Notes under the pieces: model-generated | Database searches by the model: none | The model's input: the letters and a program-made list of their open reading frames with translations, nothing else | Told to the model about the DNA's origin: nothing | Position numbers and translations under genes: made by a program | Shown: positions 8,258 to 18,051 of the stretch, piece by piece | Layout: every line of letters begins with the position of its first letter | Position numbering within the stretch: position 1 is the stretch's first letter | Source of the DNA: a virus | Taxonomy: Duplodnaviria > Caudoviricetes | Length of the DNA: 64,000 nt | IMG/VR virus record: IMGVR_UViG_3300035676_000001 | Strand: one strand, 5' to 3'

Positions 8258-8419
8258 TCAAACAGAAGGGTTGACAGAAATTTCACGGATGTTCAGACCA
8301 CAAAGTTGGTCATAAACACGTTTGAGAATAATATCTACCGCTTTCTTTGCCTTAGACTTTTCATACCAGATGGTAATACATCCATCGTAAGTTTCAACTT
8401 GAATGCGGTAGGTTTTCAT
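8258..8419 (-). CDS. Small early hypothetical protein
   Basis: Likely start MKTYRIQVETYDG. Confidence 0.6.
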   Translation of the reverse strand: MKTYRIQVETYDGCITIWYEKSKAKKAVDIILKRVYDQLCGLNIREISVNPSV

Positions 8420-8479
8420 TCCCTGTCCGTTGATTACCTTGTAATTATAGGGCATCCTACGGTGCCTGTGGTGCCCTGT

Positions 8480-8501
8480 GTGCCAGTTTCAGGACTGCCA
8501 C
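8480..8501 (-). promoter_or_regulatory. Early-promoter palindromic box
   Basis: GTGCCAGT-TTCAGG-ACTGCCAC, 30 bp upstream of TATAAT (8444-8449). Confidence 0.75.
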
Positions 8502-9313
8502 ACGGCAATCAGTTCATTTGCCTTCTTCCTGCTAGAACCCTTAGCAGAAATGGTCCTAGTCACTTGAATCGGATAGATTTTAGCATTATTATAAAGTTCT
8601 CTTGCAACAGGAACATCATGATTAGAAATAATGACTGTGATTCCTTTGTTTGCAAGTTGTTCTGCCAAATCTCTCAACTGAATCTGTTGGGCATCAGTAA
8701 ATCCATCAGTAGCATAATCTGTAAAGGATGCAGTCTCCGAAACTGGAATATATGGAGGGTCAAAGTATACAGTATCTCCTGCTTCTAAGTCTTCATAAAG
8801 TGATGAGTCTTCAAAGGATAATGAAGTGAATCGTGTAAGTTGTTTAGTAAGGAAGAACATCCTAAAGTTCATCATCTCTTCCGATGGGCAAGATGGTTTA
8901 TCATACTTACCAAAGGGAACATTGAATTCACCCTTCTTATTATATCGTGACAGTCCATTAAAACAATGACGGTTTAGATAGATAAACAGTCTTGCTCTCT
9001 CTGTAGTGTCTGTTGCCCGATTAAAGTGCCTTCTTAACTCTAAATATGCTTCCTTAGTATTATTTTCTGGAGTAAAGAGTTCCTCACAATACTTGATGAA
9101 GTTATCATCAGCAGGGTCAACCAGATTCTGATAGATTGCTACCAAATCTTTATTCACATCATTCAAAATGTATTGCTCTGCAGGTGTATTAAGAGCAACT
9201 GATAGACTTCCACCAAAGGGCTCACAATAACGCTTTGGGTATCCAATATGGGGAATAAGATGGGGCAGGACCCTATATTTGTTTCCTGCCCACTTTAAAA
9301 AAGGTTTGTTCAT
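8489..9313 (-). CDS. dam: DNA adenine methylase (Dam family)
   Basis: KPFLKWAGNK, EPFGGS, FIYLNRHCFNGL.RYN..G.FNVPFG, YFDPPY. Confidence 0.95.
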   Translation of the reverse strand: MNKPFLKWAGNKYRVLPHLIPHIGYPKRYCEPFGGSLSVALNTPAEQYILNDVNKDLVAIYQNLVDPADDNFIKYCEELFTPENNTKEAYLELRRHFNRATDTTERARLFIYLNRHCFNGLSRYNKKGEFNVPFGKYDKPSCPSEEMMNFRMFFLTKQLTRFTSLSFEDSSLYEDLEAGDTVYFDPPYIPVSETASFTDYATDGFTDAQQIQLRDLAEQLANKGITVIISNHDVPVARELYNNAKIYPIQVTRTISAKGSSRKKANELIAVWQS

Positions 9314-9330
9314 ACTCTTGATTTTAACAT

Positions 9331-9355
9331 AAAAAAAGAGGGTTGACAACCCTCT
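9331..9355 (-). terminator. Rho-independent terminator after cp12
   Basis: AGAGGGTT-GTC-AACCCTCT stem followed by T7 on the minus strand. Confidence 0.8.
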
Positions 9356-9359
9356 CTAA

Positions 9360-9572
9360 TCAATCTTCGTAGATTCTACATTCCAATGCATCAGGATTAG
9401 CATCACAATACAACTCTAAAGGTGTAGGATCGTGAGAGTCTTCTGGATGATGTTCTTTATATGCTCTGAGTGCTTCTAGTTCTTCTTCAGTATGCCTTCT
9501 CGCTTGTGGTGAAGTCATCGGATCACTCAAAAGTTCCTCATCTTTTTGAATATGTTGGTCGATGTTTTCCAT
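9360..9572 (-). CDS. cp12: CP12 Calvin-cycle inhibitor (phage type)
   Basis: C-terminal LELYCDANPDALECRIYED; N-terminal Cys pair absent. Confidence 0.9.
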   Translation of the reverse strand: MENIDQHIQKDEELLSDPMTSPQARRHTEEELEALRAYKEHHPEDSHDPTPLELYCDANPDALECRIYED

Positions 9573-9603
9573 TGTTTTGTATAGTAGTGATAATATTTAT
9601 TTT

Positions 9604-9810
9604 TTATTCACTCAGAGGAGTGCCTCTCCAGTTCTTTGGGATTGGAGGATCACACTTTCCCTCAAGAGAACGAACCAGTAATTCTGTGAATTTTTCCATT
9701 TTTTCTGGAACAACTTGACTCGGATGATGATTAATTGCATCCTTAAGTGCAATAAGTTCATTCCACTCCTCTTGAGTCAAGTTTTCTGTTCCAGTTTTAG
9801 AAAGAGTCAT
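9604..9810 (-). CDS. Small hypothetical protein
   Basis: ORF track. Confidence 0.65.
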   Translation of the reverse strand: MTLSKTGTENLTQEEWNELIALKDAINHHPSQVVPEKMEKFTELLVRSLEGKCDPPIPKNWRGTPLSE

Positions 9811-10017
9811 AGATTTCCTGCAGTGTGTCCCAATGTTAGCATTCCAATATATTAATATCTAGAAGTTTAATGTTTTCTTCGGGATTGCTCAATCTTTCGT
9901 AACACTTCAGACTCTGTGGATGAAGTATTATATGCAGTCATAGTAGGATTCGCTACTGCTGCAGATGGTTTGGGAAAGTATTGTGATGCTGGTTCAGCAC
10001 CAAGTTTGTTTGTTTCT

Positions 10018-10248
10018 TCAGTCATCTTTGTGAAAAAAGTTTCCAAAAAATCCAGAGTCACCTGGTTTGCGGTTTTCCAGTTTATCAAGAAGTGAATCTG
10101 CTGTTTGCAGAGTTTCAATGCGGGAAATCATATCCGCAATCACACTACAGACCATAGGGCGTTCTTGACGAGCAGCATATGCTAGTGCATTACGCAGTGC
10201 TGCTTCTGCTTCTTTAAGTGATTCTTCTACTGATTGTGATAGAGCCAT
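10018..10248 (-). CDS. Conserved cyanophage hypothetical protein
   Basis: MALSQSVEESLKEAEAALRNALAYAARQE. Confidence 0.75.
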   Translation of the reverse strand: MALSQSVEESLKEAEAALRNALAYAARQERPMVCSVIADMISRIETLQTADSLLDKLENRKPGDSGFFGNFFHKDD

Positions 10249-10249
10249 T

Positions 10250-10810
10250 TCAATTTTCCTTAATCCAAATACCATCATCAGTCATCTCCCAACCTGCAGC
10301 AATTGCTTCCTGATAGTTTAGAGTTTTCTTTTCAACTTTTTTAAGAAGATAAGAACCATCACCTTTATCTACCCATTCAACTTGGTCTCCTTCTTTCAGA
10401 TTTGCTGCTTCTAACAGGTCATCAGGAAAGGATATAAAGTATTCAGTTTCATCAGTATCCGCATCCTTACATTCCTCAACAGGAAGAACCCACCTATTCA
10501 CCTTATCTTTCTTATGTTCTTCAGGATAATAATGTTCTTCCCAGAAATCATCCCAATGCCCTTTACACTCTGGTGATGGGTCATCTTTATCACATTTGAG
10601 AACTGAATTATCTTTTACAGGACGATTACCACTCAGAAGTTCAAGAAGTCCATACGCACGACTAGCACGATCCTTATGATAATAATAATCCTCACGAACT
10701 GCTTCACGAATCGCAGAATAAATTTCGTGCGGTGAAGCATCGCCACTCATCGCATCATGTACCCAATCTCGAAGTTTTTCAAGAGAATATTTCTTATAGT
10801 CAAAGTCCAT
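10250..10810 (-). CDS. Hypothetical protein with C-terminal AbrB/MazE-like domain
   Basis: YFISFPDDLLEAANLKEGDQVEWVDKGDGSYLLKKV. Confidence 0.7.
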   Translation of the reverse strand: MDFDYKKYSLEKLRDWVHDAMSGDASPHEIYSAIREAVREDYYYHKDRASRAYGLLELLSGNRPVKDNSVLKCDKDDPSPECKGHWDDFWEEHYYPEEHKKDKVNRWVLPVEECKDADTDETEYFISFPDDLLEAANLKEGDQVEWVDKGDGSYLLKKVEKKTLNYQEAIAAGWEMTDDGIWIKEN

Positions 10811-10957
10811 CGGTAAAGTCCTTGATTGCTTGTTCCATAATAATCTGAATCTCTTTGGAAGTCAACCCATTCATCCACGACCATTTTGGGTCTTCCTTGT
10901 CCCAATCCATTGTATAAGACCCATCCTCATTTTGAGTGATTTTAAGAGTATCTTCCA

Positions 10958-11140
10958 TCACTCCTCCCACTCTTTTTTCTCAACCTTACGAAGTTTCTTT
11001 AATTCTCTGTAAAGTTCTTTGATTTCCTGATATGCTTGTTCTGGTGAGATTTTATCGGCAATTTCAAGACCAGCAATCAATCCCACCTTATCACCAAAGC
11101 GAGCAAGAGCTCTCTCAAATTCAGTCAGGGTCTCATACAT
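10958..11140 (-). CDS. Small hypothetical protein
   Basis: ORF track; coupled to petF. Confidence 0.65.
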   Translation of the reverse strand: MYETLTEFERALARFGDKVGLIAGLEIADKISPEQAYQEIKELYRELKKLRKVEKKEWEE

Positions 11141-11430
11141 CAGAGGTTCTCCTCTTGCTCCGTCAAAATTACACAGTCGGACTTAGGATAGGCAACACAC
11201 AGCAGAGCGAATCCATCCGCCATTTGGTCATCGTCCAGGAAAGATTGCTCTTCATTATCAATCTCACCAGAGACAACTTTACCAGCACAAGCAGAGCAAG
11301 CACCTGCCTTACAAGAGAAAGGAAGGTCCACACCTGCCTCTTCTGCTGCCTCAAGAATGTATTGGTCTTCAGCACATTCAATAGTTTGTTCAGTTCCATC
11401 AGCGGAACGGAGAGTTACATTAAAAGTCAT
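11140..11430 (-). CDS. petF: Plant-type [2Fe-2S] ferredoxin
   Basis: [15 protein letters not shown]...LCVAYP. Confidence 0.97.
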   Translation of the reverse strand: MTFNVTLRSADGTEQTIECAEDQYILEAAEEAGVDLPFSCKAGACSACAGKVVSGEIDNEEQSFLDDDQMADGFALLCVAYPKSDCVILTEQEENL

Positions 11431-11654
11431 TGTAATTTTTCAGTGTTAAAAGGTAATTTATAAGGTTCTGATGCGAGTATATCAATTCTTGCCTCTAAAC
11501 TGTTAGCAATCTCATACATCGCATTTGTAGTCTCAACATTCTCTCTTTCGAGTTCTATGATACGATTCTCAAGTTGAACAATCTTATCAAAGATAGAAGT
11601 ATCAGCATTGTCCATTTGATATGGTTTCAAAAAATCACTCACCCATTTTAGCAT
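11427..11654 (-). CDS. Coiled-coil hypothetical protein (start probably an internal Met)
   Basis: ORF track. Confidence 0.55.
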   Translation of the reverse strand: MLKWVSDFLKPYQMDNADTSIFDKIVQLENRIIELERENVETTNAMYEIANSLEARIDILASEPYKLPFNTEKLQ

Positions 11655-11787
11655 TATACCACTCCAATTTCTTTAAGGTATGCTTGATATCTCATAAAAC
11701 TCTGAATGCGAATAGGTCTATCCAAACTCTCACAACAGCGACAGTAGGATATAAACTCATACCAAGGTGAAGTTGGGTCAGTGTCGC

Positions 11788-11997
11788 TCACAGTTTGCCT
11801 CCTACCTCCGACTCATAAGTTTTGGATTCAGAGAAACCTTCCTGCCGTCCTTTAAGATAAAAACGGGTTGCTGATATACACAACTCTTCAGTGAGAGATG
11901 TGATAAGTCCGTTACCATCTTTGTCTGTGGAATACCAGAGACCATACTTCCTCTCATCAACATAGAAAGCATCATCAATTAGTTTCTTTTCGGTCAT
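11788..11997 (-). CDS. Conserved cyanophage hypothetical protein
   Basis: LIDDAFYV...YGLWYS. Confidence 0.7.
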   Translation of the reverse strand: MTEKKLIDDAFYVDERKYGLWYSTDKDGNGLITSLTEELCISATRFYLKGRQEGFSESKTYESEVGGKL

Positions 11998-12442
11998 TGA
12001 CTTGTTTTACAGTTTCGTGGAGTTGTTTCAGTGCCTCAATGGTTTCAGGAGTTTCTTCCCATTCCCAAGAGTTTCCGTTCTTATCAATAAAAGTTCGCGT
12101 AGTCATTGTTCCTCTGCGTATTTGTATCCAATGGTGTAATCTTTCTTTTTAAGATTGTATCGTGTAATGTGCTTCTTCATATGGTCTTCGGTTTGAAAAT
12201 AGCACTTGCGGGTTTCTTTTCCATCTTTATGAACCAACTTCCAAGGAAACTGGTCAAAGGGAAACTCTTCACTGTAATCCATCAGGTAGGTTGCTCAACA
12301 CATTGAGTATAGACGGAATCGAACAGTTCGTCAAGTATCTGACCACACTCTCGATAATCTTTGCTGTCGAGCACAGTCTTCTCAATCTGATACCGTCGCA
12401 CGGCAGTGTAGATGAGTTTATATTGTTCGGGGGTAAAGTTCA

Positions 12443-12919
12443 TCACATTTCTCCAAGTGTATGAATGACTGGTTTTTCTTGCGTTAGAATACGATAAAGG
12501 TCTTCATTCTGTGCTGCTGATACAGGAATGAACTCAGTCTTATCATTAAAGTCATCATCGCGGATTGCCTGATTGATTACGATTGAACCTTCTTCCCCTG
12601 ACCAGGAGCGATGATAAGTTCTCTTAGGAATGACGAGAGCACCAGAAGAACGATTAAGATGAACGATGTGATAAGGATACCTCCATTCAGGATTTACAAG
12701 TTCAAATGTACGGAGCCCAGATAGAACACGATTGTGGTCAATCTGTTGGTAATGAATATAAAACTGCTTTGCTCCTACAATATCATCAGGAGGAGAAATA
12801 GCAGCTCCAGTATGAACTACCAAGTCAGAAGCATTTGAATCTTCTACTGAAATATCATAGAAGATAACAGATTCTGTCTCACGGAATACTCTGTGCTTTT
12901 TAAAATTAACTTCACTCAT
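12443..12919 (-). CDS. Cupin-like protein
   Basis: FYIHYQQIDHNRV...LVIPKRTYHRS. Confidence 0.7.
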   Translation of the reverse strand: MSEVNFKKHRVFRETESVIFYDISVEDSNASDLVVHTGAAISPPDDIVGAKQFYIHYQQIDHNRVLSGLRTFELVNPEWRYPYHIVHLNRSSGALVIPKRTYHRSWSGEEGSIVINQAIRDDDFNDKTEFIPVSAAQNEDLYRILTQEKPVIHTLGEM

Positions 12920-13081
12920 TAGTCGTAAAGATGTTGCTCGTGTTGTAGTTTATCTAGGTAATGATAAATTGTTTGTTTTGAGTATTCAAACTCCTCAAAT
13001 CGTTGTGGTTTTTTCTTTTCCATCTTGGTGAGCATATTCAACCAATCATAGTGAGTGTTAATCATCCACCCATAATGTTCA

Positions 13082-13420
13082 TCATTCATCTTCTTCACTC
13101 CACTTGTCCAAATCTTCCCAAAAACTTTCATCAAGGGGAATAAGTTTTTCGTTACCAGTTTCAATATCCTCTACCATTTGTAAAAGATATTCAAGAAACT
13201 CTTTGGGAAGAGTATCATCATCACCTAGACAAGCCCAGAACCAATCAATACATTCTTCATAAGGGTCATCATACCACATCAGGGCATAATCCTTATAGTT
13301 TCCAGTCATTAAATCGCGCCAGATGCGAAATGAACCTGCAATGCTTTTCCATCCAGTCATCCAGCAGTGACCAATCCAATACTCCCATAAATTCATTTGA
13401 TTTTCTCTCCAAAAAACCAC
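13082..13420 (-). CDS. Trp-rich hypothetical protein
   Basis: ORF track. Confidence 0.65.
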   Translation of the reverse strand: MVFWRENQMNLWEYWIGHCWMTGWKSIAGSFRIWRDLMTGNYKDYALMWYDDPYEECIDWFWACLGDDDTLPKEFLEYLLQMVEDIETGNEKLIPLDESFWEDLDKWSEEDE

Positions 13421-13677
13421 TGATTTACATCACCATTCAACTCCCAATAAGAATCCTCACCACGCCTCATAAAGACATAGTGTGTTCCATCTTCCCGCTC
13501 ACAAATGTAATCACACTTATGAGGAGTGTATAGACGAACTTCAAGTATTTTGTCGTTTTTGTTGAGCATAAGTGATTACATACTTTTTATGTTCATTGTG
13601 AAGGTCAGAACAAGTATAGTGTTCCAACTTTCCACCAAGTTCTTCTGCTATTTTTTCTAATTGTTTTTCAATTTCAG

Positions 13678-13905
13678 TCATTTTCTACAATCCAAAAAGT
13701 ATTTGTACTCGGCAATTCCGTTCTCAGACCATCTAATTACTTCACAACCGTCAAAACTATCGACAACAGTAAAGTTAGATTTTAGTGCTTGAACTTGTTT
13801 CTCTGTGGGTGTGCGGAAACCTTCAATAATTACAGGCAACATAAAATACAAAGCACCCAGACATAAACCCGTGAATAAACCAAGTGTGTAATTAGGAAAT
13901 TTCAT
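13678..13905 (-). CDS. Small membrane-anchored hypothetical protein
   Basis: N-terminal hydrophobic helix. Confidence 0.65.
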   Translation of the reverse strand: MKFPNYTLGLFTGLCLGALYFMLPVIIEGFRTPTEKQVQALKSNFTVVDSFDGCEVIRWSENGIAEYKYFLDCRK

Positions 13906-14120
13906 TGTGCTAACCTCAATTTGCGTTCGGGTGAAGGAATATGTATATTAAAAGAATCATCGTAAGGAAAGATATATTCCCGATACCAACCGATGCTCAA
14001 ACTCTCCCAGAACTCATCATAACCCCATTCATCACCGTCATCATAACAGTCAAGAATATACAGGACATTACGAAATCCGTCAAGAAAGTATTCCCATTTC
14101 GTTGGTTCTTCAAATCTCAT
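13902..14120 (-). CDS. Small hypothetical protein
   Basis: ORF track; coupled overlaps. Confidence 0.65.
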   Translation of the reverse strand: MRFEEPTKWEYFLDGFRNVLYILDCYDDGDEWGYDEFWESLSIGWYREYIFPYDDSFNIHIPSPERKLRLAQ

Positions 14121-14332
14121 TTTGCCTCCCAGAACTTACCATCAGGACCACAAGAATAATCAAGCATTTCCCATCTATCTGACCTCAGCATATCACAAAA
14201 TTTGGGTTCTTTACCAGTTACAAGATTTCTGGAAGTATTTGGTGACGAACAAGTATCGTGTCGGTGTCCCATTCCAAATAGATGAGATAACCAATCCTTA
14301 CGATAATACTTACAATCTTTACAGAGTTTCAT
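14117..14332 (-). CDS. Small Cys-rich (zinc-finger-like) protein
   Basis: CKDCKYY...C...C...C. Confidence 0.65.
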   Translation of the reverse strand: MKLCKDCKYYRKDWLSHLFGMGHRHDTCSSPNTSRNLVTGKEPKFCDMLRSDRWEMLDYSCGPDGKFWEAK

Positions 14333-14477
14333 TTTGCTTTCATCGCAGCATCTTGAATAATCTCACCAAGTTCCATAAGTTCCTGTTTCATTTCAGGTGT
14401 GGATGTCTTTGCAACCTCATCATAGAATACTGTGAGTGCCGTTGTCAAGAGAATCAGTTGTCGGTATGTAAGGTTCA

Positions 14478-15140
14478 TTATGCTACACCATCAGCACTAT
14501 CTTTGAATTCTTGTACTCTTTTCAGATACTCATTACTCTGTTGATACAATCGTGCAATCAAATTTTTGATGTCATCAATCGCAATCACATCATACTCCAC
14601 ATTCATATTCTCGCAAATGAGAGCATCAACCATACATTCAAGTGCCATTGCTTGCATATGCTCTGGTGTGATTGGTGTGCCGTGAGGCAGTCCAGAACAC
14701 TCATCATTGTAGAAACGATTGTATCGTGCCAGCACAGTATCACTTCGTTCTTTGCGTTCCCATTCTTCTTTTGCAAGTTCTCTGTTTGCTGCTTCACGAC
14801 GCTCTGCTTCCTCAAACATCTCATCGGGGTATGGTTGTGGATTGTTGAAAGCATCCACAATCTTATTGAAATCTTCTTCAGATACTTTTGCTTCAATTGG
14901 TTCAGTCATTTTGATTTCAAGTTTAATTTCAGGTGCTTTGGTTCCAGTAGTAAGAGTTCCAAGAGTTGGAGCAGGCATACGGGATGTTTCTTTACCGTTT
15001 GTATAGAAGATTAAGTCCTTATCTTTATTCATAAGTTCTCTCAACTTCTGTTTTCCGTATTCAGTCAGTTCGTGTTTTTTGTTGCGGAGTTCTTTTACCT
15101 CTTCTTGAGTGAGATTGACCCACGGCATATCATCGTTCAT
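14478..15140 (-). CDS. Hypothetical protein
   Basis: ORF track. Confidence 0.7.
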   Translation of the reverse strand: MNDDMPWVNLTQEEVKELRNKKHELTEYGKQKLRELMNKDKDLIFYTNGKETSRMPAPTLGTLTTGTKAPEIKLEIKMTEPIEAKVSEEDFNKIVDAFNNPQPYPDEMFEEAERREAANRELAKEEWERKERSDTVLARYNRFYNDECSGLPHGTPITPEHMQAMALECMVDALICENMNVEYDVIAIDDIKNLIARLYQQSNEYLKRVQEFKDSADGVA

Positions 15141-15406
15141 CGTAGGTTCTCCCGAATTTCTTCAAGGCAATCATTCCACCCTTGATTATATCCCAGTTCA
15201 TTTTCTTCATATTCTACTTCATCAGGCAACCATTTTTTAACAATCTCACAAACAGTATCACAAACAAATGAGTGCATACGACCCTCTGCATAAAGAGCAT
15301 CATAAAGTGTCGGTGGTTTTGGTGGTTCCACTCTCTTATACTTCACACCCATAATGGTTGCGTATTCTCCTTCTATGAGAACTTTTGAGATGTCGGTTTC
15401 AGTCAT
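15137..15406 (-). CDS. Hypothetical protein
   Basis: ends GYNQGWNDCLEEI. Confidence 0.65.
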   Translation of the reverse strand: MTETDISKVLIEGEYATIMGVKYKRVEPPKPPTLYDALYAEGRMHSFVCDTVCEIVKKWLPDEVEYEENELGYNQGWNDCLEEIRENLR

Positions 15407-15602
15407 TTATAAACTCCCATTTACTATTGAAGAATACTCGTGTCCAAAATCTAATCCAACGATTGGGAATTATATTTTTCTCGGTAAAGTGAATACAAAA
15501 TTGTCCTCCACCAAAGAAATCACAGGTACAAATGTATTTTACTATTGGTTGAATATTCATTTCACTTAAAGCATCCCAATCAAAACGCTTATCGTAACTC
15601 AT
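15399..15602 (-). CDS. Small hypothetical protein
   Basis: ORF track. Confidence 0.55.
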   Translation of the reverse strand: MSYDKRFDWDALSEMNIQPIVKYICTCDFFGGGQFCIHFTEKNIIPNRWIRFWTRVFFNSKWEFIND

Positions 15603-15853
15603 TTCAGTTCCTCTTCCTGTTTTTCAATCTCAAAGATTTCATTTAGAAACTCCAGACCATACTTACCCACAACCCAGGCATCTTTATCCTCAAAGAACCG
15701 ATCACCTATGGTTCTCATATTATAACACTCTTTGTCTTTATCAAAGAAGGCAATCACATAACAATACTCTTTGCCTTCACATTCATACCACCTAACGAGT
15801 TCATACTTGTTGTTGAATTTACACCAACGGAACTCAATGTCACGAAACCTCAT
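15599..15853 (-). CDS. Conserved cyanophage hypothetical protein
   Basis: MRFRDIEFRW. Confidence 0.7.
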   Translation of the reverse strand: MRFRDIEFRWCKFNNKYELVRWYECEGKEYCYVIAFFDKDKECYNMRTIGDRFFEDKDAWVVGKYGLEFLNEIFEIEKQEEELK

Positions 15854-16025
15854 TTTTCTCCTCAAAGTCAAACCATTCATACAAAGAGTTCATCGCACCC
15901 TCAACCACACAATCAACCACAGCATCTTGATGTGGATTCTCTACATGTTTATGAGCACGATTATATCCATAACGGACACCTTCTTCAAGTGCCATCTCCA
16001 ATACCTTACGAAAGTTGGGTTTCAT
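15840..16025 (-). CDS. Small hypothetical protein
   Basis: LEMALEEGVRYGYNRAHKH. Confidence 0.7.
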   Translation of the reverse strand: MKPNFRKVLEMALEEGVRYGYNRAHKHVENPHQDAVVDCVVEGAMNSLYEWFDFEEKNEVS

Positions 16026-16194
16026 TCTTCATCCTCTTCATAAGGGAACATTTCATCATACTCTTCATCAGTCAGTGTGAGATACTGAACATCAGCATCT
16101 TTATGTTCTTCAGCATACACCAACTGATAGTGAGCAAAACTACTTTCAGAAGTGCTGGCGTATTCTAAAAGACCATCAACAAAGCATAGGTAGT

Positions 16195-16464
16195 TCATTC
16201 TTCTTCCTCAAGTCGGTTCAAGTTCCAAGTACGACTACAAAAGTCAATATCAAGTCCAAACTTATATGCCCAAAACAGAATGCCTAATAGACCATTACTA
16301 CCAAATGTAATTTGAATATAAGGCAAAGAAGGATAGTCATTCCAACTTACAGACGCTTGAAGCAAACTCCATCGTTTAATATTTAAAATTTGAATATACC
16401 ACTCATGTCCAAAGTCCTCACGGTGAGAAAATTTAGCAACTTGAAAAAATTTAATTGGTTTCAT
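16195..16464 (-). CDS. Hypothetical protein
   Basis: ORF track. Confidence 0.65.
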   Translation of the reverse strand: MKPIKFFQVAKFSHREDFGHEWYIQILNIKRWSLLQASVSWNDYPSLPYIQITFGSNGLLGILFWAYKFGLDIDFCSRTWNLNRLEEEE

Positions 16465-16973
16465 TCTACTTTACCGTGAAGAGGACAATCACTACTCACC
16501 CATTTCTTATCATCAGGCATCTCTTCATTATCTAAAATTGGGCACTTGCACGAATTAGCAACTGCCTCAGGAGAACCAGGAACTAAACCATTCCACTTCT
16601 TATATTGCTCTGGAAGAACTCTTGCAAGTTTTTCTTTCAACTCACGAACTTCTTCTTCCAGAGCAAGAACATCATCATAAGTGTATGGTTGTTTATCTTG
16701 CAGTTCATATTCTTCCATCAACTTGTTCATCTGTGCCTCATTGTTACTATCGTTGAAGGCAAGACGGCAAGCACCATCCATAATGATATAGTCATCAAAT
16801 CCAACAGCACGAAGAAATCCCTTGAAGAGTTCAAAATACTGATGAACATTCAGGTCTTCTGCAGGTGCTTCAATCGTGATGGTTTGCCTATCAACAAGTT
16901 CAGGAAAATACTTACTTGGAGTTACATCACTATCATTGATGTAGCAGAGTTTTACTTTTGCGTTGTAAGACAT
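16461..16973 (-). CDS. Early hypothetical protein with C-terminal Cys motif
   Basis: Downstream of promoter 16997-17054; C.CP.LDN...CPLH. Confidence 0.7.
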   Translation of the reverse strand: MSYNAKVKLCYINDSDVTPSKYFPELVDRQTITIEAPAEDLNVHQYFELFKGFLRAVGFDDYIIMDGACRLAFNDSNNEAQMNKLMEEYELQDKQPYTYDDVLALEEEVRELKEKLARVLPEQYKKWNGLVPGSPEAVANSCKCPILDNEEMPDDKKWVSSDCPLHGKVE

Positions 16974-16996
16974 TATGAAGGTGTTTCAATACAGAT

Positions 16997-17054
16997 ACTA
17001 TAAGACCCCTGACGGCAAAAGTCAAGGGTCAGTGGACGGTTTGGAAAGTGGTTC
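16997..17054 (-). promoter_or_regulatory. sigma70 promoter plus palindromic box
   Basis: TTGACT-17-TATAGT; TGGACGGT-N6-AGTGGTTC at 17033-17054. Confidence 0.7.
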
Positions 17055-17259
17055 AGGCAGGTTGAGTATTTTTTTGCTTCTCCATTCTTTCTCTATCTTC
17101 TCTAGCGTTCTTCATTTCAATTTCGTGCCTGGCGTGTCTATTTTGTCTTGCAGGTTCTCTGGCTCTTTGAACTGCTGCTGCCTTAAGACCTGCAACTTTG
17201 ATTGCATTTTTGTCGGCAACAGACAACATCTGCTCTTGAAATTGTTGGAAGGTCTTCAT
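17053..17259 (-). CDS. Small late hypothetical protein
   Basis: MKTFQQFQE; ATAAATA late-promoter-like motif upstream. Confidence 0.65.
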   Translation of the reverse strand: MKTFQQFQEQMLSVADKNAIKVAGLKAAAVQRAREPARQNRHARHEIEMKNAREDRERMEKQKNTQPA

Positions 17260-17282
17260 TTTGAAACTTTTTTAGTTATTTA

Positions 17283-17591
17283 TTAATCTCTTCTCATCCC
17301 ATCATCATTTTTGAAAAAATCAGCGATATCATCTGCACCATCGAACCTTGTACGGTGCTCTGATGGGTCAGGATGCCCCAAATCCAATGCGTTTAGAAAT
17401 CCATCAAGACTGTCCTCAGTCATATCAGGATTTGATGCTTTTCTTCTGGCTTGACGAAGCATTGTTCCAGCACTACGATTTGCTTTCGCCAACTTCTCTG
17501 CCCATATCATTTCACTTAATTCTACCGACTCTCCTTTTACAATCTTATCGCAAATTGCCTCAAGACGCAGACGATATTGAGTGGAGAGCAT
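17283..17591 (-). CDS. Conserved cyanophage hypothetical protein
   Basis: MLSTQYRLRLEAIC. Confidence 0.75.
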   Translation of the reverse strand: MLSTQYRLRLEAICDKIVKGESVELSEMIWAEKLAKANRSAGTMLRQARRKASNPDMTEDSLDGFLNALDLGHPDPSEHRTRFDGADDIADFFKNDDGMRRD

Positions 17592-17611
17592 ATGTATTAC
17601 CAGATATAGTG

Positions 17612-17851
17612 TTATTTAGATTTAGATTCTAACTCCTTTTGCAATTCTTCAGCAAGCTTATATGCTCGTCTCCACATAAAGTATTTGATAATCGGATTTG
17701 CTGGATTATGAAGTGCCCACCACTTAACCTTTTGGTATTCTACTTCTACAAGTTTAGTAAGCAAAATGAATAACCTCGCTATGGATTGATCGGTTACAAT
17801 CAAATATCCAACGCAAAAGAAAATTACAAACCAAATGTAAAATGGATTCAT
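17612..17851 (-). CDS. Small membrane protein
   Basis: Hydrophobic N-terminus. Confidence 0.65.
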   Translation of the reverse strand: MNPFYIWFVIFFCVGYLIVTDQSIARLFILLTKLVEVEYQKVKWWALHNPANPIIKYFMWRRAYKLAEELQKELESKSK

Positions 17852-18051
17852 TTCCGTATTGTTTTTAAATATTCTAACACATTCTCACGAACTCCCAACA
17901 ATTCATTGTAACATTTTTGATTGTGAGCACATTGGCGAAGGTCTTGGTCTGGTTTCAGAACTGATTCAATAAACAGGTCCAGACCACGATTCCACTTCAC
18001 GTCTTGCGATTCACCATCAGGAACGGGATTTTGGTCTTTCATTCTTTTCAA
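17848..18051 (-). CDS. Conserved cyanophage hypothetical protein
   Basis: KWNRGLDLFIESVLKPD. Confidence 0.7.
   Translation of the reverse strand: MKRMKDQNPVPDGESQDVKWNRGLDLFIESVLKPDQDLRQCAHNQKCYNELLGVRENVLEYLKTIRK

Noticed and set aside
7733-8788. 351-aa plus-strand ORF
   Set aside because: Antisense shadow of three well-formed minus-strand genes and a promoter; no motifs
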